Assembly: GCA_012295275.1 (NCBI GenBank)
Contig: CM022671.1
Span: 248,001-312,000, forward strand
Length of the DNA: 64,000 bases
Direction: 5' to 3'
DNA from: Chrysomallon squamiferum
Taxonomy: Eukaryota > Animalia > Mollusca
In this document: positions 17,133 through 39,176 of the stretch, in pieces
How the letters are laid out: each line of letters starts with the position of its first letter
Position numbering within the stretch: position 1 is the first letter of the stretch
Program-made: the position numbers and the translations under genes
The notes under the pieces: generated by a model
Told to the model about the DNA's origin: nothing
Seen by the model: the letters and a program-made list of their open reading frames with translations, nothing else
Databases searched by the model: none

Positions 17133-18073
17133 ATTGGAAGAGAGTCTGCAAAACAAATGAACTGGTTCGAAATGTTCAGTTGTCTGTTCTGATTCAATGA
17201 TGAAACACGCAGATTTTATATCTTTTAAAACCGGCAGTTAAACAGGGTGTAGCATCCTGTAAAATGTCATTAAAATTAAACTGACCTCTTTCTATCCGGG
17301 TGCAATGCAAATTATAAATGTTTTGTTGCTTTTATTTATTATATTTTTGTCATTTGTTATCAAGGAATATCGTTTTCCGGTTCGGTAAATTACAGTCAAA
17401 TAAATTATGTCATGAAAATCAACGATGCGTAATTGATATAAATATATAAAGGGAATTATTTCTTTTTTGTGTTTTTGTATTTAATAACGGATTTTCCTTG
17501 AAACAAACAACGAATCAAATAAGACCATAGTGTTATTATCTGATTGACGTACTTTATCAACCGAATTCCGGCAAGTGCATACTTGCGTCATAAATAAGTT
17601 ACATTATTAATTTATTTTCAGATATTTGTAGTCTTTCAGTACACTGGTGAAACAAAGTACGTGTAACAAAGATGATAGCGAGTTTGTTTTTACACCTTTA
17701 CTTTGTGCTTACGTAAACAGATACAATACATACCTGTCTACATCCTGTGTTGAATCCGGTTTGTGACAAACAGAAAGGGAGTTGATTTCTTTTTCAATCC
17801 GGTGAGAATAAATTAATGGGTTTTATTGTTTTCCGTGTAAAGGTGAAGTCACACACCACGATTATTTGTGATGCGGTTTGAGTAAAAATAATAACAATAA
17901 TAATAATAATTGTAATACTTTAACTTTAATATCCTTACTAATTTTACAATAATAAATTTCCCCTTTCTTCTGAATTATAGTTTAAAATAGAAGTTACCAA
18001 ACCATCAGATATATTAAATTACTATTGATATAGATAGATAGATACATAGATAGATAGATAAATCTATACGTAA

Positions 18074-18144
<71 letters not shown>

Positions 18145-19174
18145 TTTGTTTGTTTATTTGTTGTTTTATTTGTGTAACCAGGGTATCTTAGACTGGGATA
18201 AACATTTTGAAGCAATGTGGCTTACAGCTGTTTGTAGGAACCCTTCCTGTATTAGCAGTGCTGACGGTTAAGTTTCATCAGTTTCTCGACGGAAACTCTT
18301 TATTTATCTTTCTTATCACTGGTTTTTCCACAACATGTTGAATATGTCACTGTCGTTTGATTCAGTATTTTTGGGAGTTCATCATTTTCATAGATAGTTC
18401 AATTCTGATGTCAGTGTACTGCAGCTTGACAAAACTCTTGTACAGATTTTCTATCAGGTCTGGTACCTTCCGTGATGTAAAGTCTTAGTACAGACAAGAT
18501 GTAAAGACAATCAAACACATTTACCTAAAAGTCTTATTATTACTAGTGTTTGGTCCTAATTTTAAAAAAGTTGTATTATTTTAACTTGAACATCCCAACT
18601 AATTTTGCAATTGTAAATTTCCCCTTTCTTCTGAATCATAGTATAAAATAGAAGTTACCAAACCATCAGATATATTAAATTAATATTGATATAGATAGAT
18701 AATTAGATAGATACATCTATCTATATATAAATACATACCTATGTACGTACATACATACATACATACGTACATACCTACAAACATACCAATTTTAGGATAT
18801 AAAGACAATCAAACACATTTACATAAAAGTCTTATTATTACTAGTATTTGGTCCTAATTTTAAAAAAGTTGTAATATTTTAACTTGAACATCCCAACTAA
18901 TTTTGCAATTGTAAATTTCCCCTTTCTTCTGAGTCATACTGTAAAACAGAAGTTACCAAACCATCAAATATATTAAATTAATATTGATACAGATAGATAA
19001 TTAGATACATACATACATACATACATACATACATACATACATACATACATACATTATGCAACAACGAGAACAACAACAACAACAACAATAAAAATAATAA
19101 CAGTAACAATAACAATAATTAGCAGATAAAAAATATACTTTTCCTACTGCTACACGTTAATAATTTCTACAAAC

Positions 19175-19323
19175 CTCACATAAATAATTAGATCTTCCTA
19201 GTCCACCATCTTCTCCTGCACTAAAAGTTCGACGCCGGCTTTTACTAGGGCTTCAGAAACATTCACGAAAAACAGAACCAGAACCATTCTCAGAACAAGA
19301 GGCAGCATGAAAACACGGACCGT
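19175..19323 (-). pseudogene. Orphan degenerate first exon of the cluster gene
   Basis: ACG replaces ATG (ACG GTC CGT GTT TTC..), the pro-region is shortened, there is an in-frame TAG, and the 3' end is truncated before a GTTTGT donor. Confidence 0.75.
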
Positions 19324-20289
19324 ACTGCAAGAGTATTAGCAAAAAAATAACCTTTTCTGTCAGTTCAGTTCTCGATTCTCATTTAATGATAAAAATTCCC
19401 AGATTTTATATATTTCTCAACAAATTAAAATTTTGTTAAATGCCATTAAAAGGAAACTTTTTTTTTTCCCGGTACAATCCAAAATATAAGTATTTTATTC
19501 TTTTCATTTATTATTATTATTGTCATTAATAACGAATAAAGTGTTTCAGAATATCACTGATTACCGTCAAAAATCCCATTTGATATTACTTTTTAAAACT
19601 GATTAAATATTTATTTTATTTATGTATTTATGGATTTTCCTTAAATTAAATACAACCAATCGAATAAGACTACAGCGTTATTACGAGAGTGACATATATT
19701 TCTCATCCGAATTCAGGCCATTGCATACGTGCTTCATCAAAAACAATGATTTTCAGATAATTGTCTTCTTTTAGAATGCCACTGAAGAGCGTCGGATTTA
19801 CATTTTTTATCCTGAATCTTGAACAGTTTTGTGGGTCTTCGTTTGTAACCAGCAACGAGGTCTTGCTAGCCAATGTTATCTTCTTTAATTGGCTATTCTA
19901 TCTTTTGTTTCTCTTTTTTCAATGGTTTCTGCCATCTTAATTAAAAATGAAATTAATGTCTTTTCGTCAGTTGAAAACACTGGTAATAAATGACAATCAG
20001 CATTTCTTGACAACTTGTTACCAAACTCCAGATACACTCAGTGGTGTGTATATAACAAATCTGAATCAGCTGAAAACATGTTTTCCAGGCTCGGCACAGA
20101 AATATTTCTGTTCAAAGGAGCATGCAATATAAACCAAAGTAAACAGCAACATTTCCTCTTTCAAATGACTGTTTGTTTTTGTTTTGATGACAGCATACGA
20201 ATATTATTTATTTATTTTATTATTATTATTTTATTTTATTTTATTTTATCTTATTATTATTTTTATTTTTTATTTTTATTTTTTTTCAG

Positions 20290-20960
20290 TTATCATCCAG
20301 TTTCACGCATTCACACGCGTGTCTTCCTACAGGTGGGAAAGTAAACATTACTTCATTTCTGACCTCACGCGTGCGAGAATTTTTTTCTGCCAACTTTTTT
20401 ACATTCGCGCATGCGCACTCGCTTTCTTGTATCTCTAATTAGCATAATGTGGTCAGTTGTTTACCATATCCCACAAACACGTGTTCGTTTGAGTAAAATG
20501 TATTCAAACCGAGGTTAGGAAGGGGTTTAGACTTAGTCGGTAAAAATCCAAGTGTACACTTTGGTTATTTGAATCACTTCTTTTGGTGAACTACCAGTAT
20601 CTTCAGATTAATAAAACTCACACGCAGAAAATTATCCAGCCTGTATACATGCATAAGAGCCTTCCTTTCAACAAAACCATAGGCCTACGCCTAGAAGTTC
20701 AAGCTGGAGAGGTTCACGAAGATATAGAAATAATAATAATAACAATAGGCCTAGTGCGTGAATAAATTCACTTGTAAATCATTTCCTTAGTAAAATAAAA
20801 TATATACCTAAGCATAAAAGAAACACTGGTTAATTACAATATTCATAACTTGGCAAGGCGTAAGTGCGCATGCGCGAATGTCAGATAGTTCGCAGGAGAA
20901 AAATCAATACCCATAAGAAAACTTACAGTGAGCCGTCTCAGAAAGTGCGTGGATTTCCCT
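20290..20960. mobile_element. Inverted-repeat (MITE-like) element with GCGCATGCGC cores
   Basis: Perfect 19-bp inverted pair ACATTCGCGCATGCGCACT (20401-20419) and AGTGCGCATGCGCGAATGT (20863-20881), with weaker complementarity further out. Related copies at about 33850-34425, 41590-42750 (longer) and 50700-51170 (left half). Exact termini and TSD not resolved. Confidence 0.5.
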
Positions 20961-21809
20961 TAACAATGTTTTTCTTTTTTTAAAACTGAGCAAAATTTTG
21001 TTTTCAAATACACGTGACTTTATAAGTTTTATAAGTGAACCGTATCTTGCGTTGTAGCTAAGCTCAGTGATTTCACCCGCCACTCCCAGTCACCATATAC
21101 AACACGTTTGTGTTCTCAAGTTTCTGTTCAATACGTCTCTTATTCAGGTCTTTTCATTCTGAACTAAATGATGTTTGAATTAAAACAATTAATTTGGGCG
21201 CTTTTAAACCAATTTATTTATTTATTGATTTATAAACATTTTCAACTTTTTTTTCTTTTTTTCTAGGTAGTTATTCACCTTCACCAGTATTCAATTTCTC
21301 TAGTGTAGATAAACTGCAAAGACAAGCTGAAACAATCACCTAAAGTCATGCCCCCTCCCCCAGGATCCTGTTGACTACAGGTTGCGAATGTGTATAGGAA
21401 CTCTTAAATCGAATAAAGTGTGTATTTTATGTCACATCTGGGTTTACATATTCAGAATATCTTCATTTCTCACAATATTTCTCAGTTCTAGGCCTTATAC
21501 TTGAATCTTTGGGGCATACAATCAAGAAGTTGGCCCCGGGGGATCACCAGACCTCTGCACGCCATTGTGTTATTAACTGTTTCTTTGTATGCGCACAGAT
21601 TGCGAATAACTGATCTTCTGAGTCAACTTCATAGACAGCAGAGGACAGTCTAGCTTAAATCTGATTGGTCGATTAGTATGTCCCTATTTCCTGTTAGTAT
21701 TTTGAGAGTTATCAAGTAATAAATAACAAAGATTTCTCATTGTTTCATTATTTATTTATTTGTCATTATTATTATTTTCTTTTTCTTTTTTCTTTTCGTT
21801 TCTTTTGTT

Positions 21810-25041
<3,232 letters not shown>

Positions 25042-25599
25042 ACTGGAAGAGTTAAATGAACTTGTTCAAAATATTCAGTTGTCTGTTCCTATTCAATGAT
25101 GAAACACACAGATTTTATATCTTTTAAAACCAGCAGTTAAACAGTGTAACATCCTGTTAAATGTCATATGAATATATGTATTAAAACTAAATTTATATCG
25201 TTCTATTAGGGTACAAATCAATTTATAAATGTTTTTTTTTTTTTTTTTTTTTTATTATATTCTTGTCATTTGTTATGACGAAATATCGTTTGTATACAAA
25301 ATATGACAAAGAGTTTGTTTCACTGCTTTTCTACACCTTTACGTTCTGCTTACGTAAACAGATACAATACATACCTATCTACATCCTGTGTTGAATCCGG
25401 TTTCTGACAAACACAAAGGGAGTTGATTTGTTTTTCAATCCGGTGAGAATAAATTAATGTGTTTTATTGTTTTCAGTGTAAAGGTGAAATCACACGCAAC
25501 GATTATTCGCGATGCGATTTGAGAAAAAATAATAACAATGATAATAATAATGATAATGATAATAAAAATAATAATAATAATAATAACAATAATAACAAT

Positions 25600-25664
<65 letters not shown>

Positions 25665-26046
25665 TAATAATAATAATAATAACAATAAATAATAATAATA
25701 ATAATAATAATGACGATGATGTCCGTGTGCTGCAGCTTGACAAAACTCTTGTACAGATTTTCTATCAGGTCTGGTACCTTTCCGTGATGTAAAGTCATAG
25801 TACAGACAAGATGTAAAGACAATCAAACACATTTACCTAAAAGTCTTATTATTACTAGCATTTGGTCCTAATTTTAAAAAAGTTGTAAATTTTAAGTAGA
25901 ACATCCTTGATAAAATTGCAATAAAATGTTTACCCTTTCTTCTGAATTATAGTGTAAAACAGGAGTTACCAAACCATCAGATATATTAAATGAATATTGA
26001 TATAGATAGATAGATAGATAGATACATACATACATACATACATACA

Positions 26047-26079
<33 letters not shown>

Positions 26080-27063
26080 TCATGACATACATACATACAC
26101 AGACAGACAGACAGAGAGATATAAAATACATCGTGACATATTAATCTTATGCTACAAGACTGATTTGGGATTAGGTACATTTCAGGGTTTTTTGTGGACT
26201 ACAGGTTGGAAGCTGCACATTTTCCCGTGAAATGAATCTTTATAGAGCTCAAGAGACACTTGTTTCATTTGACATTGATCATAAATACAGCTGACGAAAT
26301 CTATAATTTCTTCTTCTTTATAAGATTCAAATAGAACGAAAGAAACAACGTGATAGTAAAAGTGAAATTGCTGGGTTTCGTGACATATTTAAATTTTGTT
26401 ATAATACTTTATGATCAACAAAGTATATTAATGTAGAGACTTAATGCAAGTTTATTCAACTAAAGCACAAGGTACTACCTTTGGTTTTACTTAACGTATA
26501 TAAACATCATTTCTCTTCCTTTATATTTAAGGTAATTGGGAAATTCCTCCAAGACACCTGGACACTAATATGTAGGAAAGATTGTCACTGTGGCTATCAC
26601 AAGGAACCCATGACAGTAATGGTCTACAATGTGTCTGTGATGTCTTCAGTGTGTGAGGAATGAAAGATAGTTCAAGGGAGAAGAGAGAATATATATTTGG
26701 CAAGAAAGATGTTTTGGGCAACTCTACACGTTATATTCTACATTTCTGTAAAAATTAAAGAGTATTATCGAGAACGAACTTATGTAGTTTGTGTGTTGAT
26801 ATGCTGTATATCTGCCATTTTTAATGTACACATAATATTTAGTACCCATGATGTTTGCAAGATGAAACTTCAAGATAATGTTACTCTTTAAGACGAACCA
26901 AAACTTTAGTGTACTGAAACCGAGAATTGTGAGATGTCTTTTTTTCTTCTTTTTTTTTTTTTTTATGGTTTCATTTGGTTTTATTTATTTATATTTTATT
27001 ATAATTATTATTATTATTAAAATCATTATCATTATTTTTATTAATTATTATTATTATTATTAA

Positions 27064-27110
<47 letters not shown>

Positions 27111-27686
27111 TAAACATTTTCAGCTTTTTTTTTTTTTTTTTTTTTGCGTAGTTATTCACCTTCACCAGTATTCAGTTGTTCTAGTGTAGATAAACTGCAA
27201 AGACAAACTGAAACAATTACCTAAAGTCATGCCCCCCCCCCAGGATCCTGTTGACTACAGGTTGCAAATGAGTATAAGAACTCTTAAATCAAATAAAGTG
27301 TTTATTTTATGTCACATCTGGGTTTACATATTCAAAATATCTTCCTTTCTCACAATATTTATCAATACAAGGCCTTATACTTAAATCTTTGGGGCATACA
27401 ATCAAGGAGTTGGCCCCGGGCATCACCAGACCTCTGCACGCCATTGTCTTATGAACTGTTTCTTAGTATGCGCACAGATTGCGAATAACTGATCTTCTGA
27501 GTCAACTTCATCTTCAGACACCGCAGAGGACAGTCTCGTTTAAATCTGATTGGTCGCTATTTCCTGATAGTATTTTGAGCGTTATAAAGCAATAAATAAC
27601 AAACATTTCTTATTTATTTATTATTTATTTATTTGTCATTATAATTATTTTCTTTCCCTTTTTCTTTCCTTTTCTTTTCTTTTGTT

Positions 27687-29787
27687 TTACTGTTTACAGA
27701 TGATGTATTTGTGAGTGTGATCAGTGAAATATGACCACATTCGTCTCAATGAATTCTTCTTGTAAGGCAGGGGACAGCTACGTGTAACCGTGTTGAATTT
27801 GAGATCGATGTCATTAATGCCTGGAACAAACCTGAAACAAATAAAATAAAACAAAATAAATAAATCTGTGGATAATTGCATATTATCTATTTAACAACAC
27901 ATATAATTATATACTTAAAGTTAAACCTCTTCCTAACGCAGACTTTGGTGTTCAAGTGATTTTACCGTTATAACGAAAAGTGCTTTAATCAGATAAAATA
28001 CTATGTTACATATTTTTTGAATTAATAATCAGAATAATAATAAAAATTAAAACTTAAAAATTATCGTTCGACACAGATTCTGAGTTTCGGGTGAGGATGG
28101 TTATTATTCTTTACTTGGTCTTCTGTACAAATACCTTTCTCCATCTTTACTGAATTTTACTTGAGTCTCTCTGGTGACTACTTTGCGTACAGTTTGAAAA
28201 TCTCTTTCTTAGAGAAAAAACAATAAATATGCTGAATTATAGACCTCTTCATTTTCATTGTTCGATAATCAGGAAACCATTACCGAACGAATTTAAGGAA
28301 CACAACAAAATGCTATACATCGCCTGTATTTTTGTCACACACTTTTTTTTTTTTCAAACAACTGTATTAGAGATAATTGTTTTGAAGTCACTGATATCAG
28401 GGAATCAGTACGGGATTGCATGTCTAGTTCTTTTAAATACAAAACTCGAGAAAAGTGACGGAGGTGGGTATCTATTGAGTTATTTATGGAGTTTTTGATG
28501 TGCAGATATTAATGTTTCCCAAAAAAAAATTATTAAAAAGAAATAAACATTTTATTTAGAATTATCACTTAGACGTTCCTGAACCATGTTCTTCACTGTC
28601 GTCACAAATGTTTCATCGTCACATAGTCACGTGGTCACCTATGATATCAACTAAAATCATTTTCGGTTGTGCAGTGTCAAGCCTTTTCCCTCAAATTACA
28701 AATATTTTATTCTTTTTTTTATTTACTATTTTAACTCTCATTACTTGCGCATAAATTATTCCAGAATATCATTAATTATCCTCAAAGATATCATTTCATG
28801 AACATTCCTCATGCATTATGGATTTTCACAGTTTTTTATCAGTCTTTTAAAATTAATTTAAAAAAAAAAAAAATGTATTTAAACATAATTGATTTGGTTT
28901 AATAAGGCTACTGAAGATTACGACGGATTTATATTTTTATCCTGAATTCAGAACATTTTGTGGGTCCATTTGTCAAAAAAAATATTTTTCAGATAGTTGT
29001 ATATTTTTAACAGGACTGTTCCTTGAAGATTTGACGAGTTTTTATTTTTTGTATTTTTTATTATTAACATTTTTTAATTTTTCATTTTTCTTTCAACTTT
29101 TCTTTTCTTGTTCGTTTCTTTCTTTCTTTGTTTGTTTTTTTTTTGATTTTATTTTTTTTATTTATTTATTTATTTTGTTTTATTATTATTATTAATTATT
29201 TATTTGGTTTTCATTTTTCATTTATAATTACAGAACTTTTTTTCGTTTGTCTGATTATTTATTTGTTTGTTTTTATTTTACATTTTTGCATCACGTAAAA
29301 AAACATTTTAAAAATTTTGTTTTTTTGTTCATTTTTGTTTTTTTTTTTAAAAAATATATATTAAACGTTTCGCATTTATTTATTGTTGTCAAACGAAATA
29401 AATTCACTTATATTTAAATACAGACCACTTATGCTCAAACCTACCAGTGTTTTATACAGAGATTTGACTGTAAACACAAACAGAGATATAGATATATACA
29501 TACATTATCAAATTACATACATTATCACAATACTACTCCTACGCTAATAATTCATTCATTTCTACACTGAAAAATTTAAAAAGTAAAACGATCAGGAATT
29601 ATTTTCTTACCATTTCGACCAACCGCCTCTCCACCACCTTATCTTGTAGGCGATGATTCGTCCATGTTTAACAAGTTGATCTACAAAGGGATACAACCCT
29701 GCCGGCCATCTACAGTCATTTGTAGACGACCCTCAGTTACCTCCTCACATTTACCCTGTTTAGAAATACAATATATAATTATAGAGA

Positions 29788-29886
<99 letters not shown>

Positions 29887-31247
29887 TAACTACTATCCAT
29901 TGAAGTCTGTATTGAGTTACAAAGTTCCATCATCATGTTTAGCATTTGTTTAATTATGCAACAAGAGAATAAAATATTGTTACAGGGCTCCATTGAACTC
30001 CATTGAAGTCTGTACTGAGTTACGAACTTGTTCCATCATCATTTTTAGCATTTGTTTATTTATTATGCAACAAGAGAATAAAATATTGTTACAGGGCTGT
30101 GATTCCCAGATCTATGATCGCCACCACGTTCCAGGGAATCGCGGGATGTCTTGGCAAAAAGACAAAATTATGACAACAATATGACAATGTAAAAACATAA
30201 TTTTGATATTTTGGGAAGGTTGCTTGAAGTAAATAAGCAGACAAATATTTTCCATTATTCTTAATTTATATCACTTGTGTGTCCGATACTAATTGAAGCC
30301 AATGATTAAGTATCTTCTGTATCTGAAGCAGCTTTTGATTAAAAGTGATGCATTGACGCAGATATATATGGGTGTTTTTTGGTTGGGTTTTTCCTCCAGT
30401 TTTTGTGTTTGCTACCTAGCAACCATGATGGTGTTTTGGATTTGAGTTCACAAGTACAGCTAAAATTTCTTCATACAGAAATCACACATAACGATTATTT
30501 ACAATACGGGTTTGAACAGCAGCAACAACTACAACAACAACAACAACAACAACAATAATAATAATAATAATAACAATAATAATGAGCAAACAAAAATATA
30601 CTGTGTTTCTTTCAGTACTTTTACACGTTAATTATTTCTGCGTACCTGGTCCCTCACATAAATAACTAGATCATTCCAAGGCCACCGTCTTTTCAAATGA
30701 GGTGCAGTATGATTAAGTGGGGCATCGACAACAGAAACTTCACGAGCAGAACCACTGACAGAACAAGAGGCAGCTCGAAAACACGGACCATATTGGAAGA
30801 GTGAACTGGTAAAAATATGTTCAGTTGTCTGTTCTGATTTAATGATGAAACACACACATTTTTTTATCTTTTAAAGCCGGCAGTTAAACAGGGTGACATC
30901 CTGTCGTGAGCTGTTTGTTTACAGGAGGCCGAATTAGATCTGCAGTACGCGAATCAAGTATCGTTATAGGAGGAACGCGACTTTCAGAAACATCAGCGAA
31001 AATCGCAACAAGAACCAGTTTTAGGACAAGAGAGACTAGGAAAATGCGAGCCATTATGGAAATGTGTTCGTGAAAACAGAAAACAACTACAATATATACC
31101 CATCTACATCCTGTTTTGAATCCGGTTTCTGACAAACACAAAGGGAGTTGACTTGTTTTTCACTGCGGTGAGAATAAATTAATGTGTTTTATTGTTTTCC
31201 GTGTAAAGGTGAAATCATACACATCGATTATTTGTGATGCGGTTTTC

Positions 31248-31278
<31 letters not shown>

Positions 31279-31821
31279 ATAATAATAACAACAACAATAA
31301 TGAAGTCTACATCCTGATAAAAGTTAAAACAAAGACGTCCAGATTATTATTATCATCATTATCATCATTATTATTTTATTTCATTGTATTTTATTTATTT
31401 ACTTACTTACTTACGTACTTATGTATTGGTGTAATTCAATTTATTTATTTATTTATTTTGTAATTTACTTATTATTATCGTTATTTATTGATATTTTTAT
31501 TACTACTATTTATTTAGTTATTATGTCGTTCATATCATTTATTTCCAAGTGGAGATGTCACGAACATGCTGGTACATGTATGCCACAAGTAAACGCAGAA
31601 CTGTTTAGCCTTTGTTGTCTTTTTATACACTTACACATTAGTAAGTTCTACATACCTGGTCCCTGGTGTAAATAACCTACAGTTACACATTAGTAAGTTC
31701 TACATACCTGGTCCCTGGTGTAAATGACCAGATCACTCTGTGTTCGAGCTTCAGAAACATTGACCAACAATACAACCACAACCAGTGTCAGAACAAGAGC
31801 CACATCGAAAACACGGACCAT
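27687..31821 (-). pseudogene. Cluster copy e: three stacked first exons, +2 frameshift in exon 2, intact exon 3
   Basis: First exons: 31821-31708 (type C, intact, MVRVFDVALVLTLVVVVLLVNVSEARTQSDLVIYTRDQ), 31054 to about 30903 (type B, truncated) and 30791-30646 (type A, 73 nt shorter than in copy f, frameshifted). Exon 2 at 29755-29611 is 145 nt instead of 143. Exon 3 at 27831-27687 is intact. Confidence 0.7.
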
Positions 31822-33292
31822 ACTGGAAGAGTTAAATGAACTGGTTCAGAATGTTCAGTTGTCTGTTCTGATTCAATCATGAAACACACAGATTTTATAT
31901 CGTTTAAAACCGGCAGATAAACACTGTAACATCCTGTTAAATGTCATTAAAATTAAATTTATATCTTTCTATCAGTGCAAATTTTAAATGTTTTGTTGTT
32001 TTCATTTATTATATTTTTGTCATTTGTTGTGATGAAATATCGTTTTCCGGTTCGGTAAATGACAGTCAAAAAAATTATTTTATAAAATCAAATTAGCGTA
32101 ATTGATATTAATTTTTAAAAGGGCAAATTCTTATTTTTGTATTTTTCATTTAAACACGGATTTTCCATGAAACAGACAACGAATCAAATAAGACAATAGT
32201 GTTAATTTCTGATTGACATACTTTATCAACCGAATTCTGGCAAGTGCATACTTGCGTCATAAATCAATTACATTATTAATTTATTTTCAGATGTTTGTAG
32301 TCTTTCAATATACTGCTGTATCAAAGTACGTGTAACAAATATGATGGCGAGTTTGTTTCACTGCGATTGTTTTTACACCTTTACTTTGTGCTTACGTAAA
32401 CAGAATACAACTACAATACATACCTGTCTACATCCTGTTTTGAATCCGGTTTCTGACAAATAGAAAGGGAGTTGATTTCTTTTTCAATGCGGTAAGAATA
32501 AATTAATGTGTTTTATTGTTTTCCGTGTAAAGGTTTGAGGAGTAATAATAATAATAATATTAATAATAATAATAATAATAATAATAATGATAATAAGAAT
32601 AACAATAATGACGATGATGTCCGTGTTCTCCAGCGTGACAAAACTCTTGTACAGATTTTCTATCAGGTCTGGTACCTTTCGTGATGTAAAGTCATAGTAC
32701 AGACAAGATGTAAAGACAATCAAACACATTTACCTAAAAGTCTTATTTTTACTAGTATCTGGTCCTAATTTTTTTGAACTTGTAATATTTTAACTTGAAC
32801 ATCCCAACTAATTTTGCAATTGTAAATTTCCGCTTTCTTCTGAATCATACTGTAAAATAGAAGTTACCAAACCATCAAATATATAAAATTAATATTGATA
32901 TAGATAGATAATTAGATAGATACATACATCTATACATAAATACATACCTATGTACGTACGTACATACATACATACACACGTACATACATACAAAGATACC
33001 AGTTTTAGGACAAAGAAGATTTACGAAAATATGAGCCATGTTGAAAATGTGTTCCCGAAAGCAGAAGACAGCTAAAATGTATAGAAAGGGAGTTGATTTG
33101 TTTTTCACTGCGGTGAGAATAAATTAGTTTAATGTGTTTGATTGTAAAGGTGAAATCACACATAACGATTATTTATGCAACAACGAGAACAACAACAACA
33201 ACAACAAAAAAATAATAACAGTAACAATAACAATAATTAGCAGATTAAAAATATACTTTTCCTACTGCTACACGTTAATAATTTCTACAAGC

Positions 33293-33441
33293 CTCACATA
33301 AATAATCAGGTCATTCCTAGCCCACCATCTTCTCCTGCACTAAAAGTTCGACGCCGGCTTTTACTAGAACTTCAGAAACATTAACGAAAAAGAGAACCAG
33401 AACCATTCTCAGAACAAGAGGCAGTTGAAAACACGGACCGT
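33293..33441 (-). pseudogene. Orphan degenerate first exon
   Basis: Paralog of 19175-19323: ACG start, frameshift and stop, donor mutated to GC. Confidence 0.7.
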
Positions 33442-35592
33442 ACTACAAGAGTATTAACAAAAAATTAACCTTTTCTGTGAGTTCAGTTCTCGATTCTCAT
33501 TTAATGATAAAAATTCCCAGATTTTATATATTTCTAAACAAATTAAAATTTTGTTAAATGTCATTAAAAAGAAACTTAGTTTTTTTTCCAGGTACAATCC
33601 AAAATATAAGTATTTTATTCTTTTCATTTATTATTATTATTGTCAATAATTACGAATAAAGTGTTTCAGAATATCATTGATTACCGTCAAAAATCCCATT
33701 TGATATTACTTTTTAAAACTGATTAAATATTTATTTAATTTATGTATTTATGTATTTTTCTTAAATTAAATACAGCCAATAAGACTACGAATAAGACTAC
33801 ATATTTATTAATTCAGATTGACTGACATTTTTTTTTTTTTTTTTTGAAGGATCATCCAGTTTCACGCATTCACACACGTGTCTTCCTACACGTGGGAAAG
33901 TAAACATCCGAATTCAGGCCATTGACCGAGGTTGGTCAGTTGTTTACAATATCCCACAAACACGTGTTCGTTTGAGGGGTTAGGAAGGGGTTTAGACTTA
34001 GTCGGTAAAAATCCAAGTGTACACTTTGGTTATTTGAATCACTTCTTTTGGTGAACTACCAGTATCTTCAGATTAATAAAACTCACTAGCAGAAAATTAT
34101 CCAGACTACATACATGCATAAGATCCTTCCTTTCAACAAAACCATAGGCCTGCGCCTAGAAGTTCAAGCTGGAGAGGTTCACGAAGATATAGAAATAATA
34201 ATAACAATAGGCCTAGTAAATGAATAAATTCACTTGTAAATCATTTCCTTAGTAAAATAAGATATATACCTAAGCATAAAACAAGCACTGGTTAATTACA
34301 ATATTCATAACTTGGCAAGGCTTAAGTGCGCATGCGCGAATGTCAGAAAGTTCGCAGGAGAAAAATCAATACCCATAAGAAAACTTACAGTGAGCCGTCT
34401 CAGAAAGTGCGTGGATTTCCCTTAACAATGTCTTCCTTTTTTTAAAACTGAGCAAAATTTTGTTTTCAAATACACGTGACTTTATAAGTTTTATAAGTGA
34501 ATCGTATCTTGCGTTGTAGCTAAGCTCAGTGATTTCACCCGCCACTCCCAGTCAACATATACAACACGTTTGTGTTCTCAAGTTTGTTTTGTAAAATCTC
34601 TTATTCAGGGCTTTTCATTCTGAACAAAATACTGTTTGAATTAAAAAAAATAATTTTGGGGCTTTGAAACTAATTTTCTCGAAACAGTTTATCTAATTTT
34701 TTTTTCTTTCTCCTGAAAAATTGGAGAATATTATCCACCAGAATTTTTTTTGAAAAAAAAAATGTTATATTAGTTTCTTTTTTTTCCTCCTCTGACTTTT
34801 TTGTAAAAAAAAAAAAAAAAAAAAATAAATAAATAAATAAATAAAAAAAAAAAAAAACAACACATGACAGTTTTTATTCCAAAATAAATTTAGAGAATAT
34901 TATCCGGATAATTTTCTATGAAAAATTATAACGTTTTTGTAAAAATAAAAAAAAAATAAATAAAAAAATAAAAAAATAAGAAAAACAAAAAAACAACAAA
35001 TCACAGTTTTTATTCCAAAATAAATTTGGAGTACCGGCACCTAAAGATTATATAAAATACTAGTAGAATAGTTCTAGAAAGAGTCTTTAACAAAAGAGAG
35101 AACTGACAATAACTGGTTGATTATAAGAAAGCGAAATAATGTAAAATGAACATCGTCTTTGGATCAGTCCTCATCATTCGTTTCACTCGCTTAGTTTCCC
35201 ATTCCTGACATCCCGCCTGACCTGTTACAACATAACCAGTTATGTATTCCTTCGTTTTATCTCACACACGCACACTCACGCACAAATACACAACAATACT
35301 CATGCATGCACACATATATAGAGAGACAGACAGACAGATAGATAGATAGATAAATAGATAGATAGATAGACAGATAGATAGACAGACAGACAGACAGACA
35401 TAAAGATAGACTGAGAGATAGACAGAGAGACATACATATTCACATACGCAAAAAACCACCAAAATCCCCCAACAAAACAAACAAATAACAACAACAAAAA
35501 TAAATAACTGAATAAAATTAAAACAGAACTAGAACTCGACAAGCAACAATATTTCTTTTCATATATTTACCTTTTATTTATCTACATATCTA

Positions 35593-38360
<2,768 letters not shown>

Positions 38361-39145
38361 ATTGGAAGAGTGAAATGAACTGGTAAAAAGATGTTCAATT
38401 GTCTGTTCTGATTTAATGATGAAACACACAGATTTTATATCTTTTAAAGCCAGCAGTTAAACAGTGTAACATCCTGTTAAATGTCATATGTATGTATGTA
38501 TGTATTAAAATTAAACTGACCTCTTTCTATCCGGGTGCATTGCAAATTATAAATGTTTTGTTGCTTTTATTTATTATATTTTTGTCATTTGTTATCAAGG
38601 AATATCGTTTTTCGGTTCGGTAAATTACAGTCAAAAAAATTATTTCATGAAAATCAATGATGCGTAATTGATATTAATTTTTAAAAGGTCAGATTCTTAT
38701 TTTTGTATTTTTGTATTTAAACATCGATTTTCCTTGAAACAGAAAACGAATGAAATAAGACAATAGTGTTAATTTCTGACTGACATACTTACCAACCGAA
38801 TTCCGGCAAGTGCATACTTGCGTCATAAAAAAATTACATTATTAATTTATTTTCAGATATTTACATCTTTCAATATACTGCTGAAACAAAGTACGTGTAA
38901 CAAATATGATAGCGAGTTTGTTTCACTGCGACTGTTTTTACACCTTTACTTTGTGCTTACGTAAACAGATACAATACATACCTATCTACATCCTGTTTTG
39001 AATCCGGTTTGTGACAAACAGAAAGGGAGTTGATTTCTTTTTCAATCCGGTGAGAATAAATTAATGGGTTTTATTGTTTTCCGTGTAAAGGTGAAGTCAC
39101 ACACCACGATGATTTGTGAAGCGGTTTGAGTAATAATAATAATAA

Positions 39146-39176
<31 letters not shown>
